The notes beneath the pieces are model-generated. The model was not told the DNA's origin. It saw only the letters and a program-made list of their open reading frames with translations, and did not search any database. Both the position numbers and the translations under genes were made by a program. A DNA stretch of 39,642 bases from Polyangiales bacterium (GTDB lineage: Bacteria > Myxococcota_A > Polyangia > Polyangiales > Houyiibacteriaceae), in contig JBGCFM010000070.1 in assembly GCA_045106895.1 (NCBI GenBank), forward strand, positions 1-39,642, written 5' to 3'. This document shows, piece by piece, positions 26,801-33,358 of the stretch (positions within the stretch are counted from its first letter, which is position 1; each line of letters begins with the position of its first letter).

Positions 26801-27387
26801 GCCGGTCGCACAGACGCGCGAGCCAACGTCTCGGTCATGTCATGAGCGATAACCGTCGGTTCGTCTTCCTCGTAGAAGTCACGAGGCGGTCTCTTCGGCT
26901 GGCGCGGCGCGGCCGCACGTGGGGGACGTGCCGGCGGCGCAGGTCTGGCGGGCGCGCGCTGAGGATCGGATTGGCCAGCGATGCGTGCCAGACGTGTGGC
27001 TCGTTCACCCAGCCGCTGGATCGTTGCGTCTCCGGGAGCGAGCGCTTGGGCCTTCGACAGAACTTTTGCCGCGCGTTCCGGATCGCCACGCTTGAGGAGC
27101 ACCTCGCCCAACCAGCGATAGGGGTCCGGCTCATTGGGGGAAACGCGCGCAGCTCGGAGCAGTGCCTTTTGTGCCTGGAGCAGGTCCGAGATGGCCATCC
27201 AGGAGCGACCCACGAGTACGAGGGCGGCGCCGTTCGCTCCTTCTTCACTGGCCGCTTCCGCGACGTCACGCGCTTCACGCGCGCGTCCAGCGGTGAGGAG
27301 TTCTTCGGATAAAGCTACACCCTCTTGGACGGAGGGCGCGGTCCGAAAGCGGAGGAGCCGTGCATCAAGGCTGGCAGACTGGACCAT
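23896..27387 (-). CDS. Large bitopic TPR protein (cytoplasmic TPR, Pro/acidic linker, TM, long TPR array)
   Basis: TPR consensus (PYRWLGEVLLKRGDPERAAKVL; AFGLLGRAHRMSGD; AFFWLGEAL); TM VGLTIGVVWVIALLLAGGGYYGW. Confidence 0.88.
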   Translation of the reverse strand: MVQSASLDARLLRFRTAPSVQEGVALSEELLTAGRAREARDVAEAASEEGANGAALVLVGRSWMAISDLLQAQKALLRAARVSPNEPDPYRWLGEVLLKRGDPERAAKVLSKAQALAPGDATIQRLGERATRLARIAGQSDPQRAPARPAPPARPPRAAAPRQPKRPPRDFYEEDEPTVIAHDMTETLARASVRPATAASKPVFPPPAAVPKPPQPAPPEAFGDGIFDEEDLPTPVIGHPSSYGLGAPSPFSNDEKGVEFSEAGAGPKRASMDAAMDLELPGAPGVVSAAASPSDRLPPPPAMSRPQPPAPASAPPPPPAPLSTPPTPEPMLAPIEADVGGGERSGAAEDVDAVLDALNAHGLFHPPDDAPSVWSTAAEAKVPKTKVGLTIGVVWVIALLLAGGGYYGWTQWVEAQKAEAAALVEEARVESLRGDHAALVDAERHLREARGIDPANSDIAETLVFALVQRALEGGAFDAGFVRPALQRAEDLRQDEDGDGECTRGTDQNADADCLDEGELGESQGDIALVQAANAVIAFAEGDNAAGLEGLTSLAESTDPRILYIVGRLEQRLGKPEAMGHLEAAAEGSEDLVAVHLALAEARADEGRAEDAVARVQAVLARSEDHLRAALWLAYLQADEGEAQPHLARLDELEERLEHGAPTDHVLFHLTRARLQRRAGDAAEAAESAEAASLAGATEPRLLALVARAAQSLGDLRRAQRAATSAVEGAPGMAEYRRLLAEILVERRDGGRALQVLGPMSMEDPDVLVLTAKAALSVGNEETLAAAKVALDAHIEESEDDDVSVALRALQIRLSAALGESRSALRSARRLVRSNPDDIDAGIALAEAALEESEADTAIEVLTRVTTAAPDHPDAFGLLGRAHRMSGDGEAAEAALRRAMEVRPGNQQAKLLLGYVLLDRGKYDEAETLYAEMARGGRPSVAARLGRIEALLGLNRMDDAQTQFDALPERTREGASGRQVSARIALAAGRPDDAVAALRPLAEADDATTDTRAFFADALYAAGESRAAGDMYDQVLETDDYHPEALIGYAQVLIRGEKFRDADSYLDDAEEALERRVRAPSVHARLLMLRGRIALEKNDGADAREALRAATELVGAPIEAFFWLGEALAGHNTPDARAAYEHFMESEPSGPLAARARRALERE

Positions 27388-27472
27388 TCCGCCAAAGCCT
27401 ATCGCAGACGCCGCGAGTTTTGTTCATAGAAACGACCTAAGCGCATCGTCTTGTGCGTGGTATAGCTTGGCG

Positions 27473-28123
27473 GTGTTTCAGCGCCTGACCGTGCTCTTGA
27501 TTCTCGCTCTCTCTGCTTGCGCGCATGCTCGCTCGCCAGAGGCGACGGCTCACTCATTTGGAAGAGCTCTCGAAGAGGGGCGAGTTCGAGATGCGTATCA
27601 GCTGCTCTCGGAGGACTACCAACGTCGAGTTCCCTTGGCGGAGTTCCGAGGTCAAATCGTCGCGCATCCCGCCGAGATGCGCGAACTCGCGCGGCTCCTC
27701 ACCCGAGCCGGTGATGCCGGAGATGTCACTGCGAGCGTTGTGCTGCCAGATGGAGACACCATCGACATGGCGCTCATCGACGGTCGATGGCGGGTCGAAG
27801 GGAACCCTGCAAACTTCTACGACCAGTCGACTCCACGGCGGGCGCTTCGCGCTTTTATCCGAGCGATGGAGCGGCGACGCTACGAAGTGGTGCTTCGTTT
27901 TGTTCCCAACGCCGACCGCGAAGGGATGAGCGAAGAGCAGATGTCCACCGCTTGGGAAGGAGAAGGTCGGGAAGAGGTGGAGCGCTTGATCGCCCGTCTC
28001 CGCGAAAACCTCGACCGTCCGATCGAAGAGATCGGTGAACGCGCGACGATGGCGTACGGCGACGGAGCGACGGTCCAGTTTCTTCGTGAAGACGGCGTCT
28101 GGAAGATCGAAGACCCATCGTAG
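27473..28123 (+). CDS. Lipoprotein with two tandem NTF2-like repeats
   Basis: GTG 27473 (TGgTATAGC 6 nt upstream); lipobox LSAC; repeats SPEATAHSFGRAL...DGRWRV and TPRRALRAFIRAM...DGVWKI. Confidence 0.75.
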   Translation: MFQRLTVLLILALSACAHARSPEATAHSFGRALEEGRVRDAYQLLSEDYQRRVPLAEFRGQIVAHPAEMRELARLLTRAGDAGDVTASVVLPDGDTIDMALIDGRWRVEGNPANFYDQSTPRRALRAFIRAMERRRYEVVLRFVPNADREGMSEEQMSTAWEGEGREEVERLIARLRENLDRPIEEIGERATMAYGDGATVQFLREDGVWKIEDPS

Positions 28124-28206
28124 CCTGCGTTGGAGCGGTTGTAGCCCCGCGCTTCTGCTTCTCCCCTATCAGAACGACAGCAGCCCGAGCCGCGACGTGA
28201 AGTGAT

Positions 28207-29886
28207 TTAGGGCTGGCCAGCGCCGGCGGACTCGCCCTCTTCAAGCATGATGAACTCGACTCGCCGGTTGAGCGCCCGGCCCTCGGGGCTGTCGTTGGGG
28301 GCGACGGGGTTGGCCTCGCCATACCCGCGGTACTCCATGCGCGCCCGCGGCACGCCGCGCTGCACCAGGTAATCGACGACGGAACGTGCGCGGCGATAGC
28401 TCAGGTCCAGGTTGTACTCGTCTACGCCTTCCGAGTCCGTGTATCCGTCCACGCGAATGCGACGCCCCCCCAAATCGACGATCGCTTCAGCAAGTCCATC
28501 GAGGAGCGGAAGGCTGACCGAGCGGATCGTGTCCGATTCGAAGTCGAAGTAGATACGTTCGCTCACGAGAATGCGACGGTCCGTGACCGTAAAGGCGACG
28601 GCTCCTGGACCAGGCTCCGGACAACCGTCGCTGTCTTCAAAGTCGTCACGGTCCTCCGGTTCCATCGGACAAGCGTCCGCACCATCGACGATGCCGTCTT
28701 CGTCATTGTCCGGTTCCGGGCAGCCGTCGTCGTCACGGTATCCGTCGCGGTCTTCGCTCTCGAGCGGACAACGGTCTTCGGCATCCATCACGCCATCGGC
28801 GTCGTTGTCGACCTCCGGGCAGCCGTCCTCATCAAGGAAACCGTCCATGTCCTCGGCGTCGTTGCGGCATTCGTCGAACTCGTCTTCGATGCCGTCTTGG
28901 TCATTGTCGAGGTCTGCGCAGAAGTCGCCGTCCTCAAACCCGTCGAAGTCCTCGGGACCAGCGCTGCAGTCGTTGCTTGCGGAGGCAAAGCGCAACACGC
29001 CGAAGCCGCGGAACTCCGGCGCTCCGTAGCCCGGCAGAAGCCCGGTACCGACACCGAGGTCGATGGACACGCGTCCAAAACGGAGCCGAACACCGCCGTC
29101 CAATTCCATCGGCGCTTCGTCGGCGTCGAAGCTTCTTCCTGCGAAGCCGAGGCGGGCCTGGGACTCGAGGATCAGGTCGAGAGCTCGATGCACTTGAACG
29201 GCCGCGCCGAGGGCGACGTGGAGCTCATCGTCTTGCTCGAAGGCGCCGACCCCTGCGCGTTGTCGAAGGCGATACGCGACCTCCGCGCCCAGTCGAAAGA
29301 TCCCGGTCCTCCAAGCGAAGACAAGACCTGGCGTGAGCGTCCAGTAGCCCTGCCCCAAAAAACGGCTCTCATCACCAGTGGGAATGCTGAAGGCCACGCG
29401 CGCTGAGAGCGCCGTCGACCCACGTATAATCGGGACCTTCGCGTTGAGCCTGAGATCACCGGCTCGGACGACGGTGTCGGTGGCCAAGGTCGCCGGAAAA
29501 GGGTCGGTGGTGGACTCCGCGATGACGAGGGGAACGGCTACGCCGATCTCCACCCACTCAAAGAGGCCCATCGCGAGCAACAGCTCCGCGTCGATGCGCC
29601 ATGGAACGATGTCGTTCTCATCGTCCCGCCGGAACACCCCGTTTGCACCGTTTACGCCGAGACCCGCCACGAACGTCAGATGGCGAGGAAGCTCCGGCCG
29701 GTCGATGGTGAAGGTGGTTCCAGGCGACGCCGTGGGCATAAAGAGCTGTGTTTCGGCCCCAATCTGCTGCGCTGAAGAAATGTTCGAAGACAGAGCCCAA
29801 GCCACGCAGACCACGCAGAGGAACGCGGCGATGGCGTCAAACGCCCGAAAACAAGTAATTCTTCTGCCCAAACGAACCCCGCCCAC
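28207..29886 (-). CDS. OmpA-family outer membrane protein with N-terminal beta-barrel and TSP3 repeats (TraB-like architecture)
   Basis: Signal peptide; amphipathic beta strands; DNDxDG...DxCP repeats; OmpA motifs FDFESD, GYTD, NLDLS.RRA.SV, GYGE..P, NRRVEF. Confidence 0.9.
   Translation of the reverse strand: MGGVRLGRRITCFRAFDAIAAFLCVVCVAWALSSNISSAQQIGAETQLFMPTASPGTTFTIDRPELPRHLTFVAGLGVNGANGVFRRDDENDIVPWRIDAELLLAMGLFEWVEIGVAVPLVIAESTTDPFPATLATDTVVRAGDLRLNAKVPIIRGSTALSARVAFSIPTGDESRFLGQGYWTLTPGLVFAWRTGIFRLGAEVAYRLRQRAGVGAFEQDDELHVALGAAVQVHRALDLILESQARLGFAGRSFDADEAPMELDGGVRLRFGRVSIDLGVGTGLLPGYGAPEFRGFGVLRFASASNDCSAGPEDFDGFEDGDFCADLDNDQDGIEDEFDECRNDAEDMDGFLDEDGCPEVDNDADGVMDAEDRCPLESEDRDGYRDDDGCPEPDNDEDGIVDGADACPMEPEDRDDFEDSDGCPEPGPGAVAFTVTDRRILVSERIYFDFESDTIRSVSLPLLDGLAEAIVDLGGRRIRVDGYTDSEGVDEYNLDLSYRRARSVVDYLVQRGVPRARMEYRGYGEANPVAPNDSPEGRALNRRVEFIMLEEGESAGAGQP
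28612..28953 (-). repeat. Intragenic thrombospondin type-3 (Ca-binding) repeats, about 3.5 copies of 33 aa
   Basis: EDxDG(F/Y)xDxDGCPExDNDxDG(I/V)xDxxDxC unit at a 99-nt period. Confidence 0.88.
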
Positions 29887-29997
29887 GGTGATTAGACACT
29901 AGCAGGTTGTGCGAAAGTAGGGGGTCTTTTGGCTGAGTGTGCTCAAAGTCAAAATGCACGTAGGAGTGTGGGCCGGAAGTCTGTATAGTGCGCGCCC

Positions 29998-30672
29998 ATG
30001 CTTTTCGTGGCCTGCTCCGGATTCCCTGTTCCAGTAAGTCGTTACTGGGGTCTTTTTAACTCTGTCGAGATCTCGGATACCGAGCTCGGAATTCCCGGTG
30101 CGGGAACTGTCCGACGCTGGCTTCGCGAGTCGCCGGAGGGCTTCGCGTTTACCGCGCTCGCCCCCAAAGAGATCGGAGAGTCTGGCTTCCGCCGAACCAA
30201 AGAGAACATGTCTTTGATCGTAGCGTTTGCCGAACTCGCCGAGACTCTTGGCGCACGAGCGATCGTGTTTCAGGCCCCCGAAGAATTCGCGCCGACCCGA
30301 GCCGCCAAGACGGCGATCAAGAGCTTCCTTGGTTGGTTGCCGGAGGGACTTCCGGCCGTCGTTCTCGACCTCCCAAGCTGGAAGACCAGCGAGGTCGAAA
30401 AGGTCGTCGACAAGCTCGGCGCTGCCGTCGCCTACGATCCTCTTCTGGACGAGGCGCCGACCAACAAAGAGCTCGTCTACGCTCGGCTCCCTGGACCCGC
30501 CGGTCACCGAAGCCGCTACGACGAAGACTCCGTCGAGCGAATCCACACACACTGTGAAGCGATCGACGCAAAGCTCGCGTTCTGCGTATTCCGCAACATC
30601 GACATGCAGGCGAATGGCTCCGCGCTACGCGAGAAGCTTGAAGCTGAGCCCGAAGACGACGAACAAGAGTGA
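29998..30672 (+). CDS. DUF72 (YecE-like) family protein, divergent
   Basis: Y...F.SVEI, W..E.PEGFAF...AP, VFQAP..F, YARL.G, YDED, CVFRN; TATAGT 8 nt upstream. Confidence 0.78.
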   Translation: MLFVACSGFPVPVSRYWGLFNSVEISDTELGIPGAGTVRRWLRESPEGFAFTALAPKEIGESGFRRTKENMSLIVAFAELAETLGARAIVFQAPEEFAPTRAAKTAIKSFLGWLPEGLPAVVLDLPSWKTSEVEKVVDKLGAAVAYDPLLDEAPTNKELVYARLPGPAGHRSRYDEDSVERIHTHCEAIDAKLAFCVFRNIDMQANGSALREKLEAEPEDDEQE

Positions 30673-30677
30673 GTGCG

Positions 30678-30700
30678 TGCTTGCTCCTTGAGAGCAAGTA
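30678..30700. terminator. Hairpin between convergent DUF72 and rluD
   Basis: TGCTTGCTC-cttga-GAGCAAGTA; no clear U-tract. Confidence 0.45.
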
Positions 30701-30706
30701 ACCGCT

Positions 30707-31639
30707 TCAGCGCCGTAGAATATCGAGAGCCGCCGTAAAACACGGTGGCGCCGGTGCTTCCACGCTCAGCTCCTCACCGCTGACCGGATGCACAAAACCG
30801 AGGAGCGCGGCGTGCAAGGCTTGGCGGCCCAGCACGTTCGCCGCCTCTGCGAGCGGCCCTTTCGCGCGCCGGCGACCGTACGTGGCGTCGGCCAAGATAG
30901 GGGTGTTGTCATCGGCAAGGTGAACGCGAATCTGGTGGGTCCGCCCTGTTTCAAGTCGGCACTCGATACGTGTGGCCAAGGCCATCAGCTCAACACTCTT
31001 CACATGAGTGATGGCGCGCTTGCCATCGCTCACCTTGCTGGAGAAACGCTTGCGATGCTTCGGGTGCCGTCCGTGGAATGTATCGAAGGTCTTTGAGCGA
31101 AGCCGGCCCACGACGATCGCGTCGTAACGTCGTTGGATGTCGTGGGCGGCGAAGAGCTTTACCAACCCTTCCCGCGCGACACGTGACTTTGCGACGACCA
31201 TGACGCCGCTCGTGTCCTTGTCGAGGCGGTGGACGATGCCAGGCCTCAACGGGTTGGCAGATTCGTCTCGGAACTCGGTGTGATGAAGCAACGCGTTGAC
31301 GAGGGTCCCCGAAGAATGACCCGCCGCAGGATGCACGACCATGCCCGCGGCTTTGTTGACGATGAGGAGATGCTCGTCCTCATAACAGATGTCGATGGGC
31401 AGGTTCTCCGGCAGCGCTGCCGTCGTCGGAGGGGGCGCAGGGATAACGTCGAGCTTGTCGCCCGCGCGAACCTTCGTCTTCGCAATGAGCGCTTTTCCAC
31501 CACGCGTGACGCGACCGTCGAGAATCCAGCGTTGCGCTTCGCTTCGCGAGGCAACCTTCGACACGGCGAGAAACCGATCGCATCGCTCTCCGTCGTGTTC
31601 CTCCCCGACCTCGAGCTGAATAGGCGTACTCGTCACCAC
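30707..31639 (-). CDS. rluD: RluA-family 23S rRNA pseudouridine synthase with S4 domain (RluD-like)
   Basis: N-terminal S4 (R.DRFL...SRS..Q..I..G.V), NKAAGMVVHP, GIVHRLDKDTSG, LETGRTHQIRVH, RQALHA. Confidence 0.92.
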   Translation of the reverse strand: MVTSTPIQLEVGEEHDGERCDRFLAVSKVASRSEAQRWILDGRVTRGGKALIAKTKVRAGDKLDVIPAPPPTTAALPENLPIDICYEDEHLLIVNKAAGMVVHPAAGHSSGTLVNALLHHTEFRDESANPLRPGIVHRLDKDTSGVMVVAKSRVAREGLVKLFAAHDIQRRYDAIVVGRLRSKTFDTFHGRHPKHRKRFSSKVSDGKRAITHVKSVELMALATRIECRLETGRTHQIRVHLADDNTPILADATYGRRRAKGPLAEAANVLGRQALHAALLGFVHPVSGEELSVEAPAPPCFTAALDILRR

Positions 31640-31896
31640 ATGGGTGAAGCGACGTGACCCTTCGATCGAACCAGGATGTCGATGATGGCTCGGTCGTAGA
31701 AGTTCTTCGCGTAGAGAGTCGGTGCGACACGGCTCTTGAACAGAGCGCGTCCCTCCTCGATCTCGTCCGTGATGACCTCAAAGAGGTTGTCACCTTTGAC
31801 GCCTTCGACGATTTTGTCCTCGTTGTAGAGTGACAAGTCGCTCGCAATGGCTCGAGCCAGTCGTCGAGCGGCTTCTTCGGTTTCGATCAGCGCCAT
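31633..31896 (-). CDS. Conserved-looking small helical hypothetical protein (87 aa)
   Basis: EAARRLARAIASDLSLYN..KI.EG...DNLF.....EIEEGR.LF.SRV; start 31896 supported by the upstream promoter; stop overlaps the rluD start. Confidence 0.8.
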   Translation of the reverse strand: MALIETEEAARRLARAIASDLSLYNEDKIVEGVKGDNLFEVITDEIEEGRALFKSRVAPTLYAKNFYDRAIIDILVRSKGHVASPMW

Positions 31897-31902
31897 GGGC
31901 GA

Positions 31903-31932
31903 AGTATCTTCTATCTCCGCGGCAGAAGTCAA
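31903..31932 (-). promoter_or_regulatory. Sigma70-type promoter, leaderless start at 31896
   Basis: TTGACT (31932-31927), 18 nt spacer, GATACT (31908-31903), 6 nt, ATG. Confidence 0.6.
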
Positions 31933-32034
31933 AATCTCGCTCACACCTGCCCGCTCTTTTTTGGGAACGGGGGCGGCTCCTGAACCTCCACCTGGAGTGG
32001 TGCAGACGGCGCGGGACGGTGGTAGGGTCGAATC

Positions 32035-33252
32035 ATGCTTCGATTCTCGCTTTCCTGCCTACTCCTCGTCGTCGCCTGTGGGGACGACACCTCCGCTGCT
32101 GACGCCAGCCCTCAGCCAGATGTCCCCGCCTTTGATGGTGGTGAGGACTTCGATGGAGGTCCGCCTGAACCTGACGCAGGCCCGGACAACGGCGTCGCAG
32201 GTGACGAAGTGTACATGGGGAGCTGCAGCGACCCGGTCTGCGGTCCCATCGAACTTGAGACGGCATGCAGCTGCGTTCCCAACCCCTCCCCAGAGCCAGA
32301 GTTGACGCTCAACCGCGTCGGCTGCGGTCAGCTCGACTCGGGCGGCGGTGCCCCCCGAAACTTTGATGACGACTTCTGCGACGAGGATGCCTCGGATGGC
32401 GCTCCGGTGCTTGGGTGCACGACCGCTGGAATGTTCCGCCCAACTGGAACGCCAGAAATGGCGACGGTCTACGGCGTCATCGACGTCTTCGGCAACGGCG
32501 GCGACGCGGACAACCTGAACGTTGAAGTGTGCCTCGAGGGCGACGACGGGATGCCCGTCGACTGCTTGCCCATGGTGACCGCGCTGACCGCAGACCCGTG
32601 CTCCGAGACGGAGATTCAGTACGAGAATGACCTTCCTTCGGGTGAGCGCGAGCTCGGTTTCTGGTCCGTTGCGAACGTGCCGACGGAGACCCCTCTCATT
32701 ATTCACACGAGCGGAGACCCTCGATTCTGGCGTGACATCTACACGTACAACATCGTGATTCCTAACGAAGAGCTCGAGCGTGAAGCTCCCGCACCTGGAG
32801 CTTGCGAGACCCTCGCTTCGCTGACGAACCCCCGCTGGGAGTTCCGCGCACGCATCCTCGCGGACAGTGACTGGACAAGCATCCCTCTTACGGCGGGTCT
32901 CGTCGAAGGCATCCGACCTGCGAACGGCGTGGTCGCGGGTGAGGTTCATGACTGTGACGATGTCCGCCTCGAGTACGCGCAGGTTGGAATCACGCCACGC
33001 GCCCAGGTCTTCACCTACTTCAACGACAACCCGGACAACCCACTTCCATCCGTGGGTCGCACCGAAGGGACGAGCCGTCTCAGCCTCTGGGCTGCCCTTG
33101 ATATCGCCGCTGGACCGGTGGACATCGCCGCCGTCGGCAACGTGGGTGGCGAGCTTGTCACCCTCGGCTGGTACCACGCCCGTGTCTTCGAAGGCGCCGT
33201 CACCACAGTCACACTGCGCGGTCTCCGCTCCCACCAGGTCCCGCAAGACTGA
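32035..33252 (+). CDS. Acidic, Cys-rich lipoprotein of unknown function
   Basis: Lipobox VVAC; D/G/P-rich tether; about a dozen Cys; beta-rich C-terminal part; TGgTAGGGT 6 nt upstream. Confidence 0.8.
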   Translation: MLRFSLSCLLLVVACGDDTSAADASPQPDVPAFDGGEDFDGGPPEPDAGPDNGVAGDEVYMGSCSDPVCGPIELETACSCVPNPSPEPELTLNRVGCGQLDSGGGAPRNFDDDFCDEDASDGAPVLGCTTAGMFRPTGTPEMATVYGVIDVFGNGGDADNLNVEVCLEGDDGMPVDCLPMVTALTADPCSETEIQYENDLPSGERELGFWSVANVPTETPLIIHTSGDPRFWRDIYTYNIVIPNEELEREAPAPGACETLASLTNPRWEFRARILADSDWTSIPLTAGLVEGIRPANGVVAGEVHDCDDVRLEYAQVGITPRAQVFTYFNDNPDNPLPSVGRTEGTSRLSLWAALDIAAGPVDIAAVGNVGGELVTLGWYHARVFEGAVTTVTLRGLRSHQVPQD

Positions 33253-33258
33253 ACGCGA

Positions 33259-33338
33259 CCGCTCTGTGCTCCCGTGAGGGCACTGAAGCGGACGTGATGA
33301 CACCGGCCCCGCCTTCGACGAGAGTTGAAGCGGGGTCG
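33259..33338 (+). other. Structured intergenic element with two GNRA-capped hairpins
   Basis: GTGCtCCC-GTGA-GGGCAC (33266-33283) inside CCGCT/AGCGG; CGGCCCCGCcTTCGAC-GAGA-GTTGAAGCGGGGTCG (33304-33338). Confidence 0.55.
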
Positions 33339-33358
33339 CTGACTTTAAAGCGACAGAG

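Noticed and set aside
28124..28206. Terminator or sRNA between the convergent lipoprotein and OmpA genes
   Set aside because: Only short, interrupted pairings (CTGCT/AGCAG); nothing convincing
28612..28953. CRISPR-like periodic repeats
   Set aside because: The 99-nt period is in-frame, degenerate at synonymous positions and encodes TSP3 repeats; no cas genes
33253..33358. Hammerhead ribozyme or SRP RNA
   Set aside because: GTGATGA is not the CUGAnGA core and no GAAA follows a stem II; the SRP helix-8 motif (CAGG...GGAA...AGCAG) is absent
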